DNA of 64,000 nucleotides from Bryobacterales bacterium (GTDB lineage: Bacteria > Acidobacteriota > Terriglobia > Bryobacterales > Bryobacteraceae): contig CAVTHW010000008.1 of the NCBI GenBank assembly GCA_963734625.1, forward strand, positions 53,715 to 117,714, written 5' to 3'. This document shows, in pieces, positions 29,170 to 37,926 of the stretch (position 1 is its first letter; each line of letters opens with the position of its first letter). The notes under the pieces are model-generated. The model ran no database searches. It had not been told where the DNA came from and saw only the letters and a program-made list of their open reading frames with translations. Position numbers and translations under genes: made by a program.

Positions 29170-30316
29170 CTAGGTCTGTGACCGCTTGAAAGATTTCCTT
29201 TTGTATCCGAATTTACGACGGGCTGCTCTTCGGTTGAACTTCCAGTTGATCTTGATGTGGTCGCGGTTCATGCGGCGATTCCAGGCCCGGCTTTCCCGGC
29301 GCAGCATCTTGAGATCGGGGATTCTTCTGGTGCCGAGGCATTGCCGCGAGAAGATGCCGATTTCGATTTCCGCTTGATTGAGCCAGCTTCCGTGGGTGGG
29401 TGTGAAGTGAACTGTGAATCGGTCCCAGATCTCATTGCCGACCTCCACCCCGAAGACGTCCGTCAACGACTTGCGGCGGTGGATGTTGAGGTTGTCCATG
29501 ACCAGGTGGATGGTCTTCGCCTCCGGGTACTGTAGCGCCAGATGGCAGGCGACTTGGGCGAACTCAAAGGCTGATCGGTCGGGCGTAGGGAACGTGAAAT
29601 GCCGACCCGCCTTCGGCTCTACGGCACAGAAAACATTGGCCGTACCGCACCGTTCGTACTCATTATCCCGCCGTGCTTCCCGTCCCGGTTTTGCCGGAGA
29701 GGAGGGGCGCACGTCGGCGTGCAGCGTGACTGGTTTCTCATCCAGACACACCACCGGTTCCTGGGGATCGTAGGGCTTTTCATACGTCTCCAGCACGTCT
29801 TCCATCTTGGCGATGTACTGGTCATTGAGTTCGGCCACGCACCACATTTTTTTCCCGCCACGGCTTGAGGTCGTGGTCGAGGAGCAGAATCCGGATGGTT
29901 TCCCTTCCCACGCGTGGGACCAGTCGGCGCTTCACCGCTTCCTGGGCCACCAGTCGCACGGTCCAGCGGGCGCGGCCCTCTGGCGGGTCGCTGCACACCA
30001 TGGCGATGATCCGCTGCTTCTGGCTGTCTTCCAGAACCGTCGCCGCGCCGGGTCGCTTCTTGTCGTAGAGCGCGGGTTCGAGACCGCCGGCTTGGTAACG
30101 ATGGCCGACCTTCCGAATCGCCTGCGGAGTGAGTGGGATCACGCTGGAAATCCGCGGTGCACTAACGCCCTTGGCCAACTGCCGAAGCGCCAAGGCTCGC
30201 AGGACGACACGGACCTGCTGTACGCCGCCGCTCAACAGGCTGGTCAGTTCGTTCTGGTCTTTCGGTTTGACTTCGATACTCAGGGGTGGGCGTCCCATAC
30301 CCCCAGTATGCGCCAA
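29170..30316 (-). CDS. IS630 transposase, two ORFs joined at an A7 run
   Basis: ORF A 29822..30316 is HTH (..RARWTVRLVAQE..KPWREK). ORF B 29170..29847 is MWCVAEL..DEKP..DNLN.H..SWLNQAEIE (DDE). ORF B is +1 relative to ORF A at GGGAAAAAAATG. Confidence 0.9.
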
Positions 30317-30368
30317 AACATTTCGGATTGAAATTGTTTTTTAGAACTTTTTCAGGCGGTCAGAGACC
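29173..30368 (-). mobile_element. IS630-family insertion sequence (about 1.2 kb) with TA target duplication
   Basis: Terminal inverted repeats GGTCTGTGACCGCTTGAAAG (29173-) and GGTCTCTGACCGCCTGAAAA (reverse complement from 30368). Flanking TA at 29171-72 and 30369-70. Confidence 0.9.
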
Positions 30369-30412
30369 TAGGGAGCTCGCGGCGCTGAAGCGGGTGAGGG
30401 ACGGCGCGATTG

Positions 30413-30586
30413 ATGCAAGGCCGTGGTGGGGAAGTTTACCGACCGATCAAGAAGGCGCTGACCATCCGCCTTGACGCCGACGTTCTGGCCTGGCTGAAGT
30501 CACAGGGTAGGGGATATCAAACCAGGATCAACGCGCTTCTGAGAGGCGCGATGCAGAAACAATCGACCGACTTGGGTCGCCGTTAG
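30413..30586 (+). pseudogene. BrnA-type (DUF4415) antitoxin gene, 3' part, split from its start by the IS630
   Basis: ..VYRPIKKALTIRLDADVLAWLKSQGRGYQTRINALLRGAM matches the BrnA C-terminal ribbon region. The 5' end (ATG 29145..) lies on the other side of the IS. Confidence 0.6.
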
Positions 30587-30685
30587 AGCGCTCTGGCACG
30601 ACCCCTCGCGTAGGGCAAGCTTCAGCTTGTCCTCTTCGAACGTCCAGAAGGGCTTCTTCAGCAGCCTGTGAAGCTTATGCCGCGG

Positions 30686-31309
30686 TCAGAAGCGGATTGG
30701 AATGAGGCTGAAGATGCGGTCCGCGCCCAGGTAGCTGGCCTGGGACATCCAGCGGCCCAGCGGTGTGACCGTCATGGCGAGAAGGATTACCAGGAGTCCG
30801 GCGCGAGCGAGTTCGTTGTAGATGAACGAGGGGACGCGCAGCGCCAGCAGCAGCTTCGACCCATCCAGAGGGGGGACCGGCAGCAGGTTGAACAGGGCCA
30901 GGTACAGGCTGAGGGTGACGCCGTGGGCGGCGAAGTTGGCGGCCGCGGGAAACGGGCGGGCGAGGAACACCGCAGCCAATGCCAGGACCACCGAGAAGAC
31001 GATGTTGCTCGCCGGCCCGGCCAGCGCCACCAGGGCCAGCCCGTTGAGTCCTCCGCGAAGCTTGCGGGGATTGGTGTTGACCGCCCGGCCCCAACCGAGA
31101 AAGCCGCCACCGAACAGAGAGGTGAGCGCCGGAATAAGGACGGTCCCGAGCCAGTCCACATGCGCCAGCGGATTAAGAGTGAGGCGCCCATCAAGCCGGG
31201 GCGTATCGTCCCCGAGGCGGGTGGCCGCCCAGGCGTGGGCGAACTCGTGGGGTACGGTGAGCAGCCAAAGCAAGGCGACATTGGTGAGCGCGGCTTCCAG
31301 ATTCGGCAT
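30686..31309 (-). CDS. M50 site-2-protease-family membrane metalloprotease
   Basis: HEFAHAW (HExxH) in the first TM and ..NLLPVPPLDGS.. second motif. Confidence 0.8.
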   Translation of the reverse strand: MPNLEAALTNVALLWLLTVPHEFAHAWAATRLGDDTPRLDGRLTLNPLAHVDWLGTVLIPALTSLFGGGFLGWGRAVNTNPRKLRGGLNGLALVALAGPASNIVFSVVLALAAVFLARPFPAAANFAAHGVTLSLYLALFNLLPVPPLDGSKLLLALRVPSFIYNELARAGLLVILLAMTVTPLGRWMSQASYLGADRIFSLIPIRF

Positions 31310-31365
31310 TCAGTTCAACGGTAACACGGCGCACGCGCCGCTCCGGAATGTCATCCTGGTAGGAC

Positions 31366-33178
31366 ATGGCCGTTCTCTTGAGTTGCTCCGGTCTCGGCAA
31401 GTCGTTTGGCGCACGAGTCCTGTTCCAGGATTTTTCGCTGAGTATTTCCGACGGAGAGCGGACCGGCCTGATCGGGCCCAATGGCAGCGGCAAGACCACC
31501 TTGCTCGAGATCCTGGCCGGAAACGAAGCGCCGGATGCCGGAATACGGGCCCTGCGAAAGCAGGCGAAGGTGGCCTATGTCCCCCAAGAATCGCTGTTTG
31601 GGCCGGATGACACTGTGGGTTCCGTGCTGGCGGCGGCCCTGGACGGTCTGCACCTGGAAGAAGCGGAGAAGACGACTCGCATCCAGGTGATGCTGGGGCG
31701 GGCCGGATTCGGGAACTCGAATACGCCCGCGGCGGAGCTCTCCGGCGGGTGGCGGATGCGGCTGGCGATCGCCGCCGCGCTGGTGCAATCGCCGGACCTG
31801 CTGCTGCTCGACGAGCCGACCAATCAACTGGACCTGGACGGCATCCTCTGGCTCGAGAGAGCGCTGACGAGCGCGAACGCCTGCCTGGTGGTGACCCACG
31901 ACCGGTACTTTCTGGAGAACATCGCTACCCATATGGCGGAGCTGAATCCGGCGTATCCGCGGAGTGCGTTCCAGGTGAAGGGGAATTACAGCGAATTCCT
32001 GGAGAGGCGGGAGGATTTCTTCGCGGCGCAGTCGAAGCAGGCAAGAGTCGCTGGCCACGAAGGTCCGGCGGGAAGTGGAGTGGCTCCGGCGAGGACCGAA
32101 AGCCCGGACCGGCAAATCGCGGGCGCGAATCGACGCGGCGGGGCGGCTGATCGATCAGTTGGCGGATGCGACGGCGCGCAGCCGCACGGCGAGGGCGAAG
32201 ATCGACTTCACGGCATCCGATCGGAAGACCAAGCGGCTGATTGGGGCGGAAGGCATTGGCAAGACACTGGGCGGGCGCAGGCTGTTTCGAAATCTGGACC
32301 TGACGCTTTCACCCGGGGTAAGAGTCGGCCTGGTCGGATCCAACGGGAGCGGGAAGACAACGCTGCTCAAGATCCTCGAAGGCACGCTGGCTCCGGACGA
32401 GGGAACCATCCGGCGCGCGGACGCGCTGCGCATAGTGAGCTTCGCCCAGGACCGGACCGCGCACCTGGACCTTGAAGCCAGCCTGCGCCGGTCGCTGTGC
32501 CCGGAGGGCGATGCGGTGATTTACCGCGGACGCTCGATTCACGTCGCGGGATGGGCCAAGCGGTTCCTGTTTCGCGACGAGCAACTGGATATGCCGGTGG
32601 CGAGCCTCTCGGGCGGCGAGCGCGCGCGCGTGTTGATTGCGCGGCTGATGCTGGAGACTGCCGACGTGCTTTTGCTCGACGAACCCACCAACGATCTGGA
32701 TATTCCGACCCTGGAGGTGCTCGAGGAGAGCCTGCTGGAGTTTCCGGGCGCACTGGTTCTGGTGAGCCATGACCGGCACTTGCTGGACCGCGTGTCGACC
32801 GTGGTAATCGGCCTGGATGGAACGGGCGAAGCAGGCGTCTTCGCGGACTACTCGCAGTGGGAGGCGTGGCGGGACGAGCAGGCCCCGGAAACCTCCGTGG
32901 CGAAAGAGCGGCGCGGACCGGCGCCCGCGGCTGGGGCGCAGAAGAAGCTCTCCTACATCGAACAGCGCGAGTGGGACGGCATGGAAGAGAGGATTCTGGA
33001 AGCGGAACAGGAACTGGCCGCGTGGCAGCGTGAAGTTCAGGCATTCGCGTCGGATCCTAAACGGCTGCCGGAGGCTTACCAGAAGCTGCAGGATGCCCAG
33101 GCGCGAGTGGAGGCCCTGTACGCGCGCTGGGCCGAGATGGAGGCCAAAGTCGCGGTATGGAATCTGCCTGGACCGTGA
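31366..33178 (+). CDS. ABC-F family ATPase (Uup-like), reading frame broken once near 32041
   Basis: Two ABC cassettes (GPNGSGKTT / LSGGWRMR / LLLDEP and GSNGSGKTT / LSGGERAR / LLLDEP). The linker ..QESLATKVRREVEWLRRGPKART continues in the +1 frame. Confidence 0.85.
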
Positions 33179-33414
33179 ATGGGGCCGCAGCAGCGGATCA
33201 CTGCGGGGCGGATAGTTAAGAACATCGCGGCCACTCTGCCGGCGGGCTCATGCCCTGTGACTGCACCGCCGAGTTAGTCATATTGTCTATCGTTAGTTAA
33301 CCTACGTTAGTGATATCCCGCTACCCTTATTGAGTCTTGATCCCGGACCCAGGATAGAGTACATTTCATACTACGTCGACGCGCCAGCGCGGCGGGAAAT
33401 CGAGGTCTATTGAC

Positions 33415-34155
33415 TTGCTCAGCATCATTGACTACAAGGAATCCGAACCGCAGCCGAAGACGGCGTTGTCTCTGAACCGGCTGGAACAAATGCTTGGCAC
33501 TCCTCCGCGCCCCGCGGCGTCTGAGGAACGTCCCGTCGACATTGCCGCCGCCGCAGTGGCCGAAGAGCCGCCACCCGCGCGGCTGGCGCCTCCCAAGCTG
33601 CTGAATTGGGAGAGAAAGCTCGCGCACCAGTCCCCGCCGGCCGATCTTCCGCCGGACGCAAGGCCGGCGGGGCGTCATGGGACGCCGAGTATTGGCTTCG
33701 AGCAATTCTCCGAGCAGTTCACGCGCACATTCCTCGAAGCCCTCGCCTCGACCGTTAAGGACATTCACTCCCTAGTGGGAGAGGACCGCCAACGATTGGA
33801 GTCCGCCTTCGGATTCTTCACCAGGACGTCACGGGAACTGGACGCACTGCGCAGCGACGTGGGGGCAGTCTCCCAGAAGTTCGACTTGCTGGTGAAAGGC
33901 TTGCAGGAGCTTTCAGTGCGGCTGGGCAAAGCCGAAGAGGCGTTGAACGTGGTTGGCTCGACCGAGACCACCCTCCAGGAACTTCAACAGCAACTCGAAA
34001 GGCGGCTCGAACTGCAGGCAGGCGTCATCCGCACCCTTCACAACGGCATGCAGTCGCGCGAAGAGCGGATCGACAAGCTAATGAACATGTTCCAGTCGCT
34101 GCAGTCCTTCACCAGCCAGGCCGCCGCGCCGCCCCAACTCCCTGACGGACTCTGA
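33415..34155 (+). CDS. hypothetical protein, Pro-rich N-terminus and coiled-coil C-terminus
   Basis: ORF with a TTG start (alternative ATG at 33490). Heptad-like ..LDALRSDVGAVSQKFDLLVKGLQELSVRLGKAEEAL.. No family recognised. Confidence 0.5.
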   Translation: MLSIIDYKESEPQPKTALSLNRLEQMLGTPPRPAASEERPVDIAAAAVAEEPPPARLAPPKLLNWERKLAHQSPPADLPPDARPAGRHGTPSIGFEQFSEQFTRTFLEALASTVKDIHSLVGEDRQRLESAFGFFTRTSRELDALRSDVGAVSQKFDLLVKGLQELSVRLGKAEEALNVVGSTETTLQELQQQLERRLELQAGVIRTLHNGMQSREERIDKLMNMFQSLQSFTSQAAAPPQLPDGL

Positions 34156-34313
34156 ACCTGCCCTCAGGCTAGACGGTCCGAAGAGCCTGGGCCGAAAGAG
34201 TCTGCATCTGTGAGCAGTAGGCCGCCGAATGCGGCATGGCTGCTGAATGCGCTTAACGCCGCTGGGACATCCCGGTCGCCGCCATCGTCTGGTGTGCGGC
34301 GGCGCTCGACAGC

Positions 34314-34977
34314 GTGTCTCCGAGCAGGGCCCAGACTCGTCGCTGGATCAGCTTTGATCACGATCGCTCGAACGAGTTCTATAGTCTTCTTCTGGATTCG
34401 CGCATGGTCTATTCCTGCGCCTATTTCCGCTCGCCCAGCACCACCCTGGAGGACGCACGGGTCGCCAAGCTGAACCATATCTGTCGCAAGCTGGATCTTC
34501 AGCCCGGCGAAAGGTTTCTTGGACGCCGGCTGCGGCTGGGGCGCGCTGTCGAACACGCCGCCGTCGAGTTCGGCGCCGAGGCCACGGGCTGCACCTTGAG
34601 CCAGGCCCAGCATGCGTATGCAGTCGCCCGGCTTCGCGGCCGCGCACGGGTTGTGGGGTGCGACTACCGGGACCTTGCCGGCCTCTATGACCAGATCGCC
34701 TGGGTGCGTATGTTCGAGCACGTAGGCAGGCGGGGTGTGCCGCAGTACTTCCGCAAGATGTCGGACCTGCTGGCCCCGGACGGTTGTTTCCTCCACCATG
34801 CGATTGCCTGGCCCCAGGGCGTCCGCGATGATGCGGCCGATCATCCACGTGCATGAGATGATCCGCTTGGCCGAGGAGGCCGCCCTACGCTTTGTCGATG
34901 AGCGAACCTTCCGCACAGCCGCCCCACTCACCGTTGCGGCAGGAATACAAGCGTGGATCTGGCGCCGATCTTGTTGA
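34314..34977 (+). pseudogene. relic of a cyclopropane-fatty-acyl-phospholipid synthase-like methyltransferase
   Basis: ..HDRSNEFYSLLLDSRMVYSCAYF.., ..DYRDL.G.YDQI..V.MFEHVG... The SAM motif LDAGCGWGAL is out of frame. N-terminal ~100 aa absent and C-terminus in other frames. Confidence 0.6.
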
Positions 34978-37213
34978 ACTGCATCGGAAGTCCGCGGCCC
35001 GAGACGTACGCGTCCCACTGGTCTTTGTAGTGGCGCGAGAGCACTTGGCCCGACTGGCCCAGAGTGAGAGTCGCCGTGGAGCGGTCAAGGTCCGAGAAGT
35101 CCACCACCATGCGCAGAGAAGGGCCGATGGTCTCCTCTTTCCAAAACTGCTTCACCGTGTCCTGCGATCCGCCCATGGGTACCAGGCCGATGTTGAAGTA
35201 CTTGCCAACCACGGGCAGCGTGCCGACGATGGGGTTGTTAAGGGTGAACTGGTTGAATCTCCCGAAATCCCAGCGGGCGATATCCGCGCCCTGCATTCGC
35301 CGGCCCTCAGCGATTGCGTCCCGAAGCGCATTGACCAGGAGCTGATCGTAGTCCTGGAACCAGTCCTTCGGCCGCTCGCGGAGAATCTTCTCGACTGCCG
35401 CGGCGGCGCCTATATACCGATAGACGAGGCCCTTGCCGGGAGAGGCGCGATTGGCGATCGCCGTCCGCAGGTGCTGGTAGAGGAGGGTTGCGACCATGGG
35501 CGCGGCCGCGCCGGTCTGCATCTGCCCGTTCCAGTTTCGCAGCAGGCTGACGGCAGCCGTGATCCCGGGGTCGGAGACCTTCTGCCGGCCGGAGGCGGCC
35601 ACGGCCTCCCTGGCCAGGAAATGGCTGAAGGACGAGTAAACGTCCATCTGGATGGGGAGCATTTCCTCGGCGCGCCAGCCTGCCTTGGATTTCAAGCGAT
35701 TCACGATCTGGCGGGCGCGGTAGGGCGCGGCGAAATCGCCGTTCACGCTATAGGGAAAGTCCTCCGGAAAGGGATTGTCGTTGGCGGATACGATCATGCC
35801 GGAAGGCGGGTTGAAGACCGAAGGCAGCTTCTCGAAGGGGATGAAGCCTTCCCATTCAAAATCGCCGGAACTGCCGTCGACCGGAAGGGAGCCGTCGAAT
35901 TTCTTGCGGATGGGCAGCCGGCCGGCGGCTTGATACCCAATGTTGCCCATCGCGTCCGCATATACGAAGTTCAGGCCGGGCTCGGCGAGGCGCTCGAGCG
36001 CGCTCCGGAACTGCTCCCAAGTTTCGGCGCGATTCAGGTCCAGAATCGGGTACTGGAAGCCGGCGAACTCAGCCGCGGTCCAGCGCAGGGAGAGGTACCG
36101 GCCGCCTTCGGCGAGGAAGACCGGACCGTGCCGCGTCACCCAGTTGACCAGGCTCTCGGGCGAGCTCCCGCGGACGCGAATAGTCTCGGCTTCGGCGCGC
36201 GCTTGCTCAACTTGACCGCGAAACACGTAGCGGCCGTTCGAGGGGTCCATCTTCTCGATGTACAGATCCTGGTAGTCGGCCTGAAGGCTGGTGATGGACC
36301 AGGCGATCCGGCTATTGTGGCCGATCAGCACGCCCGGCAGGCCCGGTATCGATGCGCCGCTGACGTTCAGGCGAGGGGCCTGGATGTGCACCAGGTACCA
36401 GGCGCTGGGCAGAGTGAATTCCAGGTGCGGGTCTCCGGCCAGCAGGGGACGGCGAGAAGCGGTATGCGCTCCAGAAATCGCCCAGGCGTTGGAGCCGGGA
36501 CGGCTCCCTCCCCCCGCACGTGTGGAAAAGAGAAAATCCACTTTGGCGGGATCGCCTCCCGCCAGGAGGTTCATCTTGCGACTTTCGCTTCGCCACGACC
36601 GTTCCTGGGACTCCACCATCTTCAGGTAGACGCGCACCGAGTCGGCTATGCTCCACGGCCGCGGGTCGTATCCGAGCAGCGAAAACTCCAGCGGCAGCCT
36701 GCCGCGGTGCGTTTCGATGAAGTAATTCACGCCGCGTGCGTAGGCGGCCAGCGCCGCCCGGTCCTGGGGCGGCAGGGCGTTGACGGAAGCTTCCGCGATC
36801 TTGCCCAGGCGCAGCCGGCGGGCATCACGGTCGGATTCGAGGGCGGATGGGCCCACAACTTCGGCGAGTTCGCCTGCCGCCATGCGCCGCGCGGCGTCCA
36901 TCTGGAACAGCCGGTCCTGCGCGGTGACGTAACCTTGCAGGAAGAGCGCGTCCTGCGGGGCCGTGGCCAGGATGTGCGGCACGCCCAGGGAGTCCCGCGC
37001 TACGACGGCACGGACCAGGACGGGCGCCTGAATGGTGGCGGAGACCTCCGGAAGAGGCCGCCAGGCGTACCACCAGGCGCAGCCGAGCAGGGCCAGCAAC
37101 AGCGCGGCGATGGCGAAATTCAGATAACGTAGAAACCGGCGAAGACGCACTTCGCCAATTGTACTTGAATCGAAGCCAGTCTCATCAGGCCGCGGGCGCG
37201 GGCAGGGTGGCAT
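34928..37213 (-). CDS. penicillin-acylase-family Ntn hydrolase (possible acyl-homoserine-lactone acylase)
   Basis: ..DSLGVPHI.A....DALFLQGYVTAQDRLFQMD.., nucleophile context GSNAWAISG, ..LLAGDPHL... N-terminal TM anchor. Confidence 0.85.
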   Translation of the reverse strand: MPPCPRPRPDETGFDSSTIGEVRLRRFLRYLNFAIAALLLALLGCAWWYAWRPLPEVSATIQAPVLVRAVVARDSLGVPHILATAPQDALFLQGYVTAQDRLFQMDAARRMAAGELAEVVGPSALESDRDARRLRLGKIAEASVNALPPQDRAALAAYARGVNYFIETHRGRLPLEFSLLGYDPRPWSIADSVRVYLKMVESQERSWRSESRKMNLLAGGDPAKVDFLFSTRAGGGSRPGSNAWAISGAHTASRRPLLAGDPHLEFTLPSAWYLVHIQAPRLNVSGASIPGLPGVLIGHNSRIAWSITSLQADYQDLYIEKMDPSNGRYVFRGQVEQARAEAETIRVRGSSPESLVNWVTRHGPVFLAEGGRYLSLRWTAAEFAGFQYPILDLNRAETWEQFRSALERLAEPGLNFVYADAMGNIGYQAAGRLPIRKKFDGSLPVDGSSGDFEWEGFIPFEKLPSVFNPPSGMIVSANDNPFPEDFPYSVNGDFAAPYRARQIVNRLKSKAGWRAEEMLPIQMDVYSSFSHFLAREAVAASGRQKVSDPGITAAVSLLRNWNGQMQTGAAAPMVATLLYQHLRTAIANRASPGKGLVYRYIGAAAAVEKILRERPKDWFQDYDQLLVNALRDAIAEGRRMQGADIARWDFGRFNQFTLNNPIVGTLPVVGKYFNIGLVPMGGSQDTVKQFWKEETIGPSLRMVVDFSDLDRSTATLTLGQSGQVLSRHYKDQWDAYVSGRGLPMQFNKIGARSTLVFLPQR

Positions 37214-37893
37214 TCAGGGTACGAATGGCCGCCAGCCGGACGACCTTGGGCATCGAGGCCCCGGTCAGGGCGTTGTACATCTCCAAAGCCTGCGCGCGAT
37301 TGGATGCCATCAGGCCATCCGCGCAAACCAGGGCGGCACGGGCCACCACGGGTAAGATCGGAGGCTTGGTGCGGCCCATCGCCTCGCGCAGGAGCTTGGC
37401 GGCGGGCAGGCCGCCGATGGTCCCCACCGAGGCCGAGGCCGCCTGGGCGATTTCGACATCGCTGCTATTCATCAGCTTCCCCAGGGCGTCCATCGCTTTG
37501 GCGTCCTTACGCACTCCGATGGAGTGAATGACACCCATCTGCAGCCGGCCTTTGAGCTTCGGCAGCGCGGCCCGCAGGGCGTCGTCCACCGCTGGATCGG
37601 GATTCGGTTCCAGGCCGAATCGGGCGTAGTGGCCGAGCCGCTCCTCGCCCAACAGCGCCGCCAGCGGCGCTATCGATTCTTTGCCGCCCACCTGCGCCAG
37701 CTTCTTGCAGGCGATGGCCTTCTGAAACAGCGTCGAGCTCGGGTTCTTCAGCATCGCGATGAGCTTCGGCTGATCCAGTTGCCCAGATCGGGGCGGCGTC
37801 GAATTCGGGAAGAATCGGCTGCGCCGCTGGCTTCGGCTTCGCGGGTGCCGGCGCTCCCGGCGTTGGTTGCGTTTGTCCAGGTGCCTGTTGCAT
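37185..37893 (-). CDS. HEAT-repeat protein, copy 1 (frame broken by one extra T at 37779/80)
   Basis: The N-terminus MQQAPGQTQPTPGAP..AAPIW is in a different frame from LDQPKLIAML... Copy 2 reads through (CAGTGCCC versus CAGTTGCCC here). Confidence 0.7.
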
Positions 37894-37926
37894 GTTATTA
37901 ATCCCCTTATCCTTGAACCCTGTTCC

